Source: Mayamaea pseudoterrestris (lineage: Eukaryota). From it: 64,000 nucleotides of DNA. Where the stretch lies: positions 62,001 through 126,000 of the forward strand of contig BROI01000020.1 of the NCBI GenBank assembly GCA_027923505.1, in the 5' to 3' direction. Under the pieces are notes generated by a model. It saw only the letters and a list, made by a program, of their open reading frames with translations, was not told the DNA's origin and searched no databases. Each line of letters starts with the position of its first letter. Position 1 is the first letter of the stretch. This document shows positions 12,501-25,400 of this stretch, in pieces. The position numbers were made by a program, and so were the translations under genes.

Positions 12501-13506
12501 CCAAAGGGCAAGACAGTTCGCCTTACTACTCTCAAAGACGCCAATCTGATGCATTGCAAAGTCACCGGCAAAGCATGCACTGGAATCCTTCACTTCATTC
12601 AGCAGACTCCGTTCAAGTGGTTTGCCAAACTTCAAGATACCGTCGAACACGCGACCTTTGGCTCTGAACTCATGAGCGGGCGCGTTGCAACCGACCATAT
12701 CCTAGGCATACGCGCGTCACTCATGGCAATGGGTGTTCCCATCGAGTCCTCTTCATGGCTACTCGGTGATAACCAATCAGTCATCACGCAGTGTACAGTG
12801 CCTACATCCACACTCACCAAGCGCCACAATGCCCTCGCATATCACCGTATCCGGTGGTGTGTAGCAGCCGGAATTATCAAGTTCGTCAAGATTGCCGGCA
12901 AGGAAAACGCTTCCGATGCGCTTACCAAGTACCTACCCTACATCGACGCATGGCCCCTACTCAAACCATTACTGTTCTGGCGTGGCGAAACTTTGGATCC
13001 TGGAGAACTCGAATTCTATCTTATGGACCCGTCACTGCCTCAAGGGGAGCCGACTCCAGGGGAGCTCATTGAGCTTACACCTGTCCTGGCACACCTACAA
13101 GGGGAGTGTCACAATGACGATCTAGTCCAGTCGCTTGACGCGAACCTAGACGTCGCCGGGGGCGCACGAGCATAGTACTCGAACCTCCGTTGCGGTACCA
13201 GAAAAGACATCTACTCACAACTACGTCATTGAAATATTGCATGTGTGCCAGCCGCAGGCACGATAAACAAGATTAGTATTCACTATCATGAATGGTCTTG
13301 AAAGAGCCATCTGATCAATCGCTCTTTCTCGACCGATCGTAAATCAACTCACTTTCTAGAGAACTGCTTAATCAACTAGCGTTTTGTAGGATAAGACCCC
13401 TGTAGGATAAACCAAGGTAAAGGACTGATCATCCCGCTCACTTGGAAACCGACTACAGAGGGTGAGGAATCGTTGCAGCCGTACGAACTGGAACTGCATC
13501 GTGTCA
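9521..13506 (+). mobile_element. Copia family B copy 1 (integrase - chromo-like - RT - RNase H - 3' LTR), 5'-truncated
   Basis: ISDGAKEE/QQNPAER integrase; VVWEDNSMTWEPL; KARMVAGGH, GDIGNAYL, YVDDL RT; EHATFGSEL/LGDNQSV/SDALTK RNase H. Stops at 12138 and 12396 and a frameshift at ~10445. Confidence 0.95.
13107..13506 (+). repeat. 3' LTR of B copy 1 (400 bp, TGTCA...TGTCA)
   Basis: Follows the PPT AAGGGGAG; direct repeat at 21950-22350; homology ends just after GTGTCA. Confidence 0.88.
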
Positions 13507-16500
13507 CAGGTTGTTTCTTGGCTTTTCCTATTGCGCAGGTGACACACTTGTTCTTGGACGATCCATGTATCTCCCATCTGAAGTGCTTGGCAAAATTGCA
13601 AGCGTCATTTGAGGGCATTGATGTCCGTACAGTTTGTGCGCTTGCTTATAGGAGAGACGGCGTGTAGGAAGCAAATTGGCTGCAATCATGGCAAACTCGT
13701 TGCGAGGCGCTTGTACTAATGGCATTGGAATGACTCGTCTCAAGTACATGCAGTAAAGATGACCTCGCTTGGTAGGAATCAACAAGTCAAAGACGATGGA
13801 GTGTTGGTTTTCTTTCTCTAGCCAAATCTTTTGGTTGCCACTGTGAAAGTTTCCTTCCTTGCGCTAAACGTTGGATTGAAGGTGCAGTCGGGTGCATAAG
13901 CGATGTTGTTGAGGACTCCTTGGTAGAGAGGATTGCCAAACAAATTGCAAGCGTCCACTCGAAGCTTCGCCATGGTTTGAATGTTGGCAACTGTTCGATT
14001 TCCCATTGTAATGCCTTCATTCCGTATCTGTTGGGTGTCAAATAGGCCTTCTGGATGAGGTGTGCTGTCGACGGTTGCCGCAGTATTGCTGATGAAGATT
14101 TCGGGATGCTTTAGTATATCCAAGTTGGTTGGACACGTGATGGATTCATGGATAGTTGCAAGGGCAAAATCGTTGTTGTTTTGAAACGCGTAGGCATTGA
14201 CGCTTACGTTGTATCTCAATGCGCTGAAGGGATTAGGGCTTTTGTGTTGTAGTTGATTTGAATTGCAAGCTGGAGGTTGGTAACTGTTTGCGCGCTGTTT
14301 GGCTGCATAAAGTGCGTCTCTTGCCTCCCGTTCTGCGAGAAGGTCAATTACTTCCTGTCGCTCAGCTTCTCTTTCACTTTCTGGAAATTGGTCAAGGTAG
14401 TTGCAGGTTGTTAAGTCTTTGCTGAATTCTAAACCGACGTTGCGGAGGTCTTCTTCTAGCGTGCTGCGCGTCCGCAATGTTCCTTCGAGTGCTTGCCTTT
14501 TGACTTCCCTGGCAATTTCATGATCGACAACAACTTTCAAGCGTTCATCAAACAGCACTTCTTCATCTTCTTTGTTGATTTCTTTGAACCAGAAGATGAG
14601 ATCCTTGAGGAAGCGTCTTTGGCTGAAACGTTCTAGCATGCACAGTCTTGCGGCGCTTGCAGGATTTTTCTCGATGCCTTGCTTGTCCTTCTCTATTTGC
14701 TGGATGGTGGTTCTGTAGTGTGCTCGAGAGACGACATGCTCAGGCGCTTGATTGCGGTACTCCCAGGATTGAAGAAAGGCTTGATAGCTTTCGTAAGTGA
14801 AAGAGTCTGAATTGTAGTCGCTTTGGCTGCTCGGGTACTGATCTGAAATGTAGGTTGCATCGTCTGAATTGCTTTCTTCATCACCAGGATTGCTCATGAT
14901 GATTTCAACTCACTCTGTATCCCAGACTCGAAGACCAGTGTATTGATAGTAGCGGTCTCGCGTTGTGTCGATTGCTTCTCGATGGGTAAAGGCGTGTGGC
15001 ATGGCTATGTGCTAGAGGAAGAACTCCTGTAGATCTGCAAACATCACTTTTACGGCATCTAATAGCTCGTATAGTGGAGGATTGATGAACAAGACGCTTT
15101 GCAAGACATGGAATGGCAGTAGGTCACTCGAATTGGCTTGTGGCGGGATGTTGTTTGGAACTCTTGGAGCAAAGGATGGATACAAGTGCTCGACTTCTTT
15201 TAGCTTGTCTGCTGTAAGGAAGTCTTTGGGTAGCCAGTCTCCTCACCATTGCGCAAAGCTTGTCGTTACCAGCTCTTCTACACTTTCTTCTTCTTTCAAT
15301 TTGATTGGAGGACTTGTTGTTGGAGTTGAATCTTTGTCGGAGCTGCAAGTTGTGACGTTGTCGGTGCGCTCATGTGTGTCACATTTGTTGGCGTTTGTGG
15401 CTGTTGGTTCAAGGTTGGTGGGTTCAATTGTGTTGCTGCTTGTTGTGACGTTATTGGTACTTTGCGTAGCATTGTAGACGTGGTAGGAGTCGTTGAGGTT
15501 GTTTGCTTGCTCTTCAATTAATGTGTGCACTTGTTGCTCTGGTTTGCTTGGCTCGCCTTTTTTGTTGGACGGCAGACCCTTCCCATCTTTGTGCTTCTTT
15601 TGCTCAAGTGTTTCTATGTTTTGAATTAGAGTGCTGAAGAGTTTTTGTTCTTGTTCAGTTGGGGTCTTGCTGTTGACAAACTTGTCTTCAACGTTACTTT
15701 CTTCTTCATGCTTGTGCTTGGGTCACCGCATATGGATGCCCAACTGCGTCCATTAAGATTTGACGATGGAAGATTTGGCTTTGGCTTAGCTGACTCACTC
15801 GTTTTTGACGACTTTGTTAAAGGCACCAATTCAACGGCTTGCTTCTTGTTGGTAGTGCTTGACGTTGGTCTTGCACGTTTTGTTTGAGTTGTTGGTGGAG
15901 CTGGAGGTTAAATAAAGACAAAGGTGTCGGAGCTGCAGAAGTACGAGTAGGGAGTGCTGGATAAGTCTCATCAACTAATCTGGTGTGTATGAAAAAAAAG
16001 TTGCTTCTTGAGTTTGTAGAAGGATGACGGCGACTTGAAGAAGAACGCTGTGAAGAGGAACAATGCGATTGCTGAGTCAGCTGAAGGGCTTAATGTACCG
16101 CTGCAAATCCTTGTTCGAGTAGCAACGGCGCTTGACGAGGCACTTGATCTTGCATGATGGTTCGCGGGTGAGGCTCTTGACGATGATTTTGATGCTCAAG
16201 TTGACATGTCTGCTCTTGTTGATCTCGGCGACGGTAATCGTTGTCTCGTGGTTGATCTCTTGTGCGCTCGTTGTTGCGATTCTGGCAATAACGATGGTCT
16301 TCTCGTTGATCATCTTGCGGAAGACAATGATCTTATTGTCAATTTGAATTGCGAGGGCAGTCTCTTGGTCGTTCTAAACCTTGTTCTTGTTGCTCTCATG
16401 CTTCTTCATCTTCCAACGAGTGATCCATCCTCGAGGACGCCGGTGGGCATGTTCGACTTGTTCAAAGCTGTCGGCGCTTTGATGATACGGTTGATGACAA

Positions 16501-19115
16501 AGGTAGCATTTGAATGACAGTGGGTTTCGCGTGTTATTATAGTTGGTTTGCGGGTGTTCATTACAAATTGGTGGCGCTTGATGCTGAAGAGTGTTTTGTT
16601 GGCGTGAAGTTTCTTGTTGTGGCAGTTCTGGTTGTGCTGCATATAAAACAATTTTGTTGACTCCTTGTATTAAAGCTTCTTTGTCTTCTGCTGCGTAAAT
16701 TGTTTGGTAGGTGGTCGATACGACGCCTTCCATTTTGGTCTTTGTCAATGCGCCTTGTTTGGTCCATTGCTCTTGTGCTAAAGCAAGGCAGAATTGAGGC
16801 GGCAGCTTGTTCATGAGCATAGCCATCAGATCTTCTGCAAGAAGAGTTTGGTTGAACTTGATGGCTTGCGATTGCATGAGGTCGATGAGGTCTTGAGGGT
16901 TTGCTGTTGGTCATTCGAGCTTGAGGTTTTGGATGCTTCGTTGGTAAAGTGTTGGCGCCATGAACTTGTCTGGAGAGAACTTGATTCCAATGCGTTGATA
17001 ACTGTCCAAGCTTTGCCTCCAGGGTACTCAGTTGATTCTGCTCCAACAAGATGGTCCATCAACTCGGGGAATGGCAAAAGTGTGATGGAGAGCATTTGCA
17101 TGAGCGTTTCATTCTTCTTGCGTTCTGCTTATTTATTTCGAATGATTTGAACTTCGTCTGCTGTTGCATGAGCTGCAGGATCAGTAATAACTTCATCTTG
17201 TGTTGCTGGTAGGTGCTTGGGTCTACTGCCTTTGATAGGACATCAGCAGCCTGCAATTCTTGCATGATTCTTGAACTAGTTGAACCATGATGGAAAGGCT
17301 TTGATGGTGTTGGTTATCTTTGGGGTTTTGTGAAGCGCATTCATAGTGATGTCTTCTTGTTGGTCGGTCATGGTTGCGATTAGAATGAGTAGTAAAAGTT
17401 TTGGCTATTGGTCTGATGTTGGTAGCTAACATTGTTGTCGGAGAATGAAGATTGACGGTTTGGGGTAGCGAAACGTTGCTGACGTGGCCAATTGAGTTGC
17501 TGATGTGATGGAGTTTGAAAACGTGAATGAGCGTGGAACTGCTGAGCGTGTTGATCGCGACGATGGACACATTGTTGATTTGTCACTTGTTGATTTTGTT
17601 GAGCTTGTAAGTGCAGCTGTCGTTGATGTTGATTAAGAAGATGATTTAAACGAGTAACTTGAGCTTGAAGACTGTTTAAATTGCGTGTATGATGAGTTGT
17701 AGTGTTGCGAGTGTCGTTGATGCGAGGCTGGACTCAAAGAGTTGGATTGGAGGTTTGGTTTTGCTGTCGGGTTGGCGTGACAATTTGATTTGCTTGTTGC
17801 TGTCTTAAACGCTGTTGGTAAGGATGATTGCTTTCATTTTGTTGCGACGTTGATTGCGTCTTTGACTAACAGTGATTCGATTGCGTTGAGGATTGGTCGA
17901 AGCTTGTTGCGTTGCTGATGCGCGCTCTCGACTTGTCTGTCGCTGTCCGTATCATTGTTGAAAGAGTGCTTGACGACGATCTGCAATGCTTTGAACTGCT
18001 GCAATGTGATGTGCTTCTTGGTAAGCGCTTGTTGGTGCACTTGAAACGTTCTGAGAGCAAAGAGTTTGATGCAATGGTCTCGTGTCTTGGCGAAGCGCTT
18101 GACTAACTGGCGCTTGATTTGCTTCTTGTTGGCAAATCAAATTGTTCAATTGGTGAGCTTGCGTCGTGCTTGTTGGCAATGTTTTTAGTTGCTCGTTGGT
18201 TGGTGATGAGTTGTTGCTTGGTGAAGGTATGTGTGTTTGCGAACTGGTGATGCACACTGAACAAGCGCACATCGTCTTTGTGTTTATATCTGGTACTTCA
18301 CAAAGTCTTTGCAAGTCTTGACGTCTGTTTTCTTTGTCCTTTTGGAGCAGGTAACGAGTTTTCTTGAGATGTGGTGGACTCGGCAACCCACAATGTGACT
18401 GTAAAACACTTTGTTGTTGGCAAGGTCTTTATACTGATTGAAGCGCTGCTCACAAGCTTGTTCTGGGTCGATTAGCTTTGATGAAGGTGGCGGTCGAATG
18501 CCTCAAAAGATCCAGGCGAAACGCTTGTCTTCTTTGTCCCAAGTCCAAGGGGTTGGAGGAGAGACGCAAGGGTTGTAACGATACCAGCCGTATCGAACGT
18601 TCGGGTGGTTGTAGACTGCTTTCTCTTTGTCTGTGGCGGGTCGTCCAGTTAAATGCCAGTCTTTGGGTTGTTCGGTGAAAGTCGGTGAAGGCTGTTGCGC
18701 GTGTTGGACTCTGTTGGAGTGCGCTCTCGTTCTTGATTGCTTGCGATTTGATCGGTGGCGGTAAGTTGAATTACTGGGTGGCCTTCTGGAGTGACCAATT
18801 GGGAACTTGAAGGATTGAACTCATGTAAAGTAATGTTGATGAAGAGGTGGACAACTTGTAGAAGGCGTCGTGAATGATTAAAGACTTGGCGGCTTGTGTT
18901 GGAGCGGCAAAGGAAACAGTAAAGAAGGCGCGTGACTTGTGAAGTGAGAGGTGACTTGGAAAGAGTGCTCAGCAGACTAGGTAAATTAGTTCTGCTCAAC
19001 TGATGGAGACTTGAAATCTGCTCAATGATGTTGGCCTTGATCAAACGCTTGATCCGAATCGAGGTAAACTGAAAGGTAAAGGCAAAAGGGTCACTTGTAG
19101 ACTTGCTCTTGCTCA
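13507..19115 (-). mobile_element. Copia family C (different lineage): long upstream region, gag, long insert, protease, integrase N-terminus; truncated by B1
   Basis: gag ATG at ~17371 (MTDQQEDITM..YPGGKAWTVINAL..); zinc knuckle CYLCHQPYH at ~16510; degenerate protease FISNTAATV at ~14090; integrase zinc finger AHKLYGH..CVTCAIGKAKKQP at 13510-13650. Many stops and frameshifts. Confidence 0.8.
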
Positions 19116-22100
19116 CTCAATACCCATTCCAAAAGCTATACAACGAAGTACCCGATATCTCTGCCTACCTCAACTACCACTGGTGGCAGCCCGTTCGATA
19201 CAGCGCAAACTCTACATTTCTCAACCAAACTAATGCGCGCGCTGGACGTTTCATCGGGGTAGCTGATAACATTGGTGATGCTCCAACGTACTGGGTCTTG
19301 GACGAGGAAACACACCAAGTTGTCGCCCGAAGCATTGTCACGGCTCGTCGAGACGATCTGAATCAAAACTTTTGTCTTGATTTACCACAAGTCGAAGCTT
19401 CACCCAAAGGCGACATGTTCGTATACACCAAAGGTGGACTCCAAGAGAGCTTCCAACTCGGCAACCAAAGCTCCGAAGAAGGGGAGCTACCCACTGATGA
19501 ATCCGTTCCTACCGAAACGGCCGAAGACGGACCCGAGTTCTACTTCGGAGATGAACCATTTGTTGGAAGCAGTCCCTACCAGTGGCCGCCATCAGCCCAT
19601 CCTCAAGCGCATCCACGCAGACCAATTGATTTACTACCTGCATTCTCACCTGAAGAACTTGTCAATAAAACATTTACTTGGCATGCTCAGGATGGGGAGC
19701 CCATGCGAGCCAAAATCGTTCGCAAGCTCGAAACCATGGACGCAGCCAACCATCACAACATCAAGTTCCTACTCAAAATTGGTGAAAACGAAGCTGAAGA
19801 ACTCATCGACTACATCCAACTCTGCGAATTGTATGAGAAGGACCAAGCAGCGACGGTTAACGATCCTGAACACCACTGAATGTTTAAAGCAATCCTGTCG
19901 CATGAAGGACCACTCACCAAGCAATCCGATGGATGGAAAGGCTCCATGTACAACATCAAAGGCGTGTGGGAAGACAACTCAACAACTTGGGAGCCATTGA
20001 ACGCTTTAGCACGCGACGACATCATTTCCTGCACTCGCTACACTGAGGCGAACGGACTACTCAACAAGAAAGGCTGGAAGTTCCTCCGCGATGCAGCCCG
20101 ACGCGCACGTATCGCCCATTGAACCGTAAACCAAGCCAAGCAATGACGCAGCATTCGACACAAGTTTGGCGTCAAGGTACCACGCAATCCAAAGGAAGCT
20201 CGAAAGTTCAAAGAAGAACTCCGGCATACCAAATGGACCAATGCGGAGAAGGTAGAGCTGTCAAGCCTGTTCGAATACAACACCTTCATTGATCTCGGAT
20301 TGAATGCCGCGCCTCCTGAAGGCTATCAAAAGATTCACACTATCTGGGTCTACGACTGCAAGCAAGACTTTTGTCACAAGGCTCGGATGGTTGCTGGCTG
20401 ACACCTTACAGATCCTGTCAACAACTCATACTCAAGCGTCGTTTCACTCAAATTGCTGCGCCTAGCGCTGGCGATAGGGGAGTTGAATGGACTCACTCCC
20501 ATGGTAGGCGACATCGGAAATGCATATCTCAAAGCCAAAACCAAAGAAAAGATTTACTTCATTGCTGGGCCTGAGTTTGGCGACTTGGAAGGCCACACAC
20601 TCATCATCTACAAAGCACTTTACGGCCTACGCACAAGTGGAGCACGATTCCATGAGCGGCTCGCGGACGCGCTACGAGCGGAAGGCTTCAAAGCCTTGTA
20701 CGCCAATCCAGACGTTTGGATTCACAATGCTGGCCATTGTTACGAATACATTTGCACTTACGTTGATGACCTTATGGCAATCATGATTGACCCGGGCGCA
20801 TTCTACGACATTCTTCGCAACAAGTACAAGTTCAAGCTCAAGGGCATTGGATGTCCAGAGTACCATCTAGGCGGCAACTTCGGACGCAACCCTGACGGAA
20901 CATTATTCTGGGGCACCAAGACCTACATCACCAAGCTTCTAGCCAAATACGAGCGTACATTCAACGGAACACTACCAAAGTACAGCTCTCCACTCGACTC
21001 TCATGACCACCTGGAACTTGACCAGATGTCCCTTTTAGGGGAGTCGGACATCAAGATCTACCAATCGTTTGTCGGAGCCCTTCAGTGGGCGATCACCCTT
21101 GGCCGATTCAACATCTGCAGTGCAACCGCCTGCCTGTCACGCTTCTGCGGACAGCCGTGCATTGGACACCTCAACCGAGTCAAGCGTGTATGTGGCTACC
21201 TTCGCAAGTTTCCAGAGGCGGCCATCCGCTTTCGCACCTAGTGGCCGCAGAACGAAATCATCTTCGGCGACTCACCAACCTATGACTGGCAACAAACCGT
21301 CTACGACAACCCCAAGGAAGAGGTCCTTTCACTCTGGCCGAAACCAAAGGGCAAGACAGTCCACCTTATTACTCTCAAAGATGCCAACCTGATGCATTTC
21401 AAAGCCACCGGCAAAGCATGCACTGGAATCCTTCACTTCATTCAGCAGACTCCGTTCAAGTGGTTTGCCAAACTTCAAGATACTGTCAAACACGCGACCT
21501 TTGGCTCTGAACTCATGAGCGGGCGCGTTGCAACTGACCATATCCTAGGCATACGCGTGTCACTCATGGCAATGGGTGTTCCCATCAAGTCCTCTTCATG
21601 GCTACTCGGTGATAACCAATCAGTCATCACGCAGTGTACAGTGCCTAAATCCACACTCACCAAGCGCCACAATGCACTCACATACCATTGTATCCGTTAG
21701 TGTGTTGCAGCCAGAATTATCAAGTTTGTCAAGATTGCCGGCAAGGAGAACGCTTCCGTTGCGCTTACCAAGTACCTACCCTACATCGACGCATGGCCCC
21801 TACTCAAACCATTACTGTTCTGGCGTGGCAAAACCTTGGATCCTGGAGAACTTGAATTCTACCTTATGGACCCATCACTGCCTCAAGGGGATCCGACTCC
21901 AGGGGAGCTCATTGAGCTTACACCCATCCTGGCACACCTACAAGGGGAGTGTCACAATGACGATCTAGTCCAGTCGCTTGACGCGAACCTAGACGTTGGT
22001 GGGGGCGCACGAGCTTAGTATTCGAACCTCCATTGCGGTACCAGAAAAGACATCTCCTCACAACTACATCATTGAAATATTGCATGTGTGCCAGCCGCAG

Positions 22101-22350
22101 GCACGATTAAACAAAATTAGTATTCACTATCGTGAATGGTCTTGAAAGAGCCATCTGATCAATCGCTCTTTCTCGACCGAACGTAACTCATCTCACTTTC
22201 TAGAGAACTGCTTAATCAACTAGCGTTTTGTAGGATAAGACCTCTGTAGGATAAACCAAGGTAAAGGACTGATCATCCCGCTCACTTGGAAACCGACTAC
22301 AGAGGGTGAGGAATTGTTGCAGCCGTACGAACTGGAACTGCATTGTGTCA
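19116..22350 (+). mobile_element. Copia family B copy 2, more decayed, with 3' LTR at 21950-22350
   Basis: Colinear with B1 10280-13506, with additional premature stops (19877, 20120, 20143, 21698). Confidence 0.95.
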
Positions 22351-25300
22351 CCCGCCAGCGAGCGGCGTATTGGCTTGGTCCCAACACGATGTGCAGAGAC
22401 GATCTGACATACTTCATCTGCGATTGCAAGACCCACGAGATCATGACGTGATCAGTTTGCTTACCCCAAAACGACCCAAAATTTTTGAACCTTCGCGTAC
22501 CGGCACCTACTTCCCCAGTCATGAAAGAAGGGGAGCCGCGTCTCTATACCGTACCTGGTCTAGGTGACGAGATCCCTATGCCGGAAATGATCAAGAAGAT
22601 TACCGAAGCTGATAGCAGAGATGATGATTCTTTCATTCCTGACGAAGACAATTCTTTCATTCCTGACGAAGACAAAACACCTTCATTGGAGAAGGTGGAA
22701 AACCCGGAAGACGACAATATGACCAACGGGGAGCAAGATCCTGCCCAAGACGACGACGACAAGCCGAAGAAGAAGAACATCAATCCGTGGCGCAAACTTC
22801 CAAAGTATGCACCCAATGAACTTATCGGCAAGTCGTTTCTCATGAAGACGGATGACGGGCAAGAAGTTCGAGCGACCTTCATGAGCAAGGTGAACAACCG
22901 CGACGCCCAGAACCATCAGAACATTAAACTGATGCTGAAGCTTGGTAACGGCGAAGCGGACGAAGTCATGTCATATGTCGAGGTTTCCGATCTCTACTGG
23001 AACAAAGTGAACCAAGACATGGTGAATCCTGAGCGTAAGTGGTTCTTCAAGGAGATCCTAGACCATCAGGGTCCGCTGACGAGCAAGTTGAAGAACTGGA
23101 AGCACTCCAAGTGGAACGTCCTCGAACAGTGGGACGATGGATCCAAGACTTGGGAGCCTCTCAACGCAATGATTGAAAGCAACAAAGTATCAGTGGCAGC
23201 CTACGCGCAAAAGCATAATCTTCTCGACAAGGACGGATGGGCATCGTTGAATCAATGGGCCCGTAACGCCAAGAAGGTTGCGCGCAAGGTGGCGACCGCC
23301 CGAATGGAGCAGCAGAAGAACGGACCACGCTACAAGTTTGGAGTCCATGTACCCCGAGACTGGAAGGAAGCGCGACGTTTGCAATAAGCTACAGGGCACA
23401 CAAAGTGGACAGATGCGGAAGGCGTGGAGCTTGCAAACCTGGACAAGTACGAGACGTTTCAAGATCTTGGTCCGAGTTCCACCACAACACCACCAACTGG
23501 TTACCAAAAGATCTGAGTCCATTTTGTGTATGATGTCAAGCACGATTTGCGATACAAGGCACGTCTCGTTGCAGGCAGCCACCTGACGAAAGACAACAAT
23601 GATGCCTACTCCAGTGTTATCTCATTGATGGCAATGCGTTGAGCTCTTGTCATTGGAGAAGCGAATGGCAAGAAGTGCATGGTTGGTGACATTAGGAACG
23701 CATATCTCAAAGCGTTTACCAAGGAGAAGGTATACTTCGTTGGAGGCCCCGAGTTCGGGGAGCGTGAAGGACACATCCTGGTCATCATCAAGGCTTTGTA
23801 TGGATTGCGAACGAGCGGAGCACAATTTCACGAACGCCTAGCCAATGCCTTACTTGCCGAAGGGTGGAAGCCGTCCTATTGCAATTCTGATTTATGGATC
23901 AAGGACGCCGGTGACAGCTACGACTACCTTCTGTGTATGGGTCAATGATCTGTTGAATATTTCAGACGATCCAGCAGCATTCTTCAAGATGCTAGAGGAG
24001 AAGTACAAGTTTAAGCTCAAAGGTGTTGGACATCCTGAGTATCATCTTGGTGGTGACTTTGGATGCGATCCTGACGGAACTATTTACTAGTCGGCCAGAC
24101 CTACGTTGCGAAACTCTTGGCGCAGTACGAGCATCTGTTTGAAGGTCCTCCTAAGAAGTATTCATCCCCAATCAACAAAGACAACCATCCCAAACTTGAC
24201 CAAAGTGAACTACTGAACGACCAAGAGAAGAAGATTTGCCAGTCTCTAGTTGGAGCACTTCAGTGGGCGATTACTTTGGGACGATTTGACATTGCCGTAG
24301 CAGTTGTGAGTCTGTCGCGATTCCGTGTGGAGCTGCGCAAGGGACACCTGCAGCAGGTGAAGCAAGTCTGTGGATATTTGCAAGAGTTATCGGACGCAGC
24401 AATCTGTTTCCGTATGAAGTGGCCAGCCAACGAGGAGCACTTTGGCACCATGGAAGAACAAGATTGGGAGTGCAGCATTTACGGGAAGGACGGAGTTGAT
24501 GAGATGTTGGACGTCTACCCACCGCCAAAAGGTGTGACTGTGCGAACATCAACTTTTGAGGATGTGTGTCTCATGCATTGCATGGTGACGGGCAAGTCAT
24601 TGGAAGGAGTTTTGTCATTTGTCAACCCGACGCCTGTCGACTGGCATTGCAAACTCCAGGCTACAGTCGAGACTGCAACCTTCCAATCAGAATTCGGCGT
24701 AGCAGAGAGTGGAACAGATATCAGCATTTCTCTACGTGCGTTGCTCATGGCTATGGGCGTACCATTGGAGAAGTCTGCAATCCCGAGTTTGACATTGTCC
24801 AAGTGACAGCACAACGCGTTGGCCTACCATCATGTTCGTTGGGCAGTTGCTGCGGGGATTATCAAGTTTGTGAAGATTGACGGAAAGGAGAACATTGCGG
24901 ACGTGCTTACCAAGTACCCGCCATACTGTGATGTGATGCCATTGCTCAAGCCAGTCTTATTTTGGCGCGGCAATACATTGTATGCGATTGTGAAGGACAA
25001 GAATGTGGCTACGACGAGCAGCGTACCCGAGGGGAGTGACAAGTGGCAGAGCGGCGAAGTCAAGAGCCCGAACCCTAATTAGCTTGTGTCGAGTCTGCAG
25101 CTGTCGTATGTGACATGTGAATGAAGAAAGTGCGCAACCGTCATGTGGATGCATTGTATGAATGGAATGACTGATTAGGACTGATGTAATGTGATTGAAA
25201 GAATCGGATTGATCGGATGATCTTCCGAGAGGTCGATGTAGTGATGAAGCAATAAGCTCACAATTTAGAACTACTAGTTTGCGACGAGAGTGCAGTCGTA

Positions 25301-25400
25301 TTTGTGTAGTGGTGAGCGCAAGACTATTCGATGAGCCATCTCCATCAAGAGCTGTACAGACCGTGGCCAAGGACCCTGTATCAGAGCTTTTTTAAGGTAA
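22351..25400 (+). mobile_element. Copia family D (related to B): integrase C-terminus, chromo-like, RT, RNase H, 3' LTR from 25037
   Basis: YWLGPN..DDLTY integrase tail; EQWDDGSKTWEPL; KARLVAG, KALYGLR; ETATFQSEF; ADVLTK; PPT GAGGGGAG followed by TGACAAG. The right end of the LTR is approximate. Confidence 0.9.
22627..22674 (+). repeat. Perfect 24-bp tandem duplication (SFIPDED x2)
   Basis: ATTCTTTCATTCCTGACGAAGACA occurs twice in tandem, in frame. Confidence 0.95.

Noticed and set aside
25376..25387. CTGTATCAGAGC resembling the tRNA-Met primer-binding site TGGTATCAGAGC
   Set aside because: Imperfect match, it lies at the end of a 3' LTR, and no gag follows on that strand.
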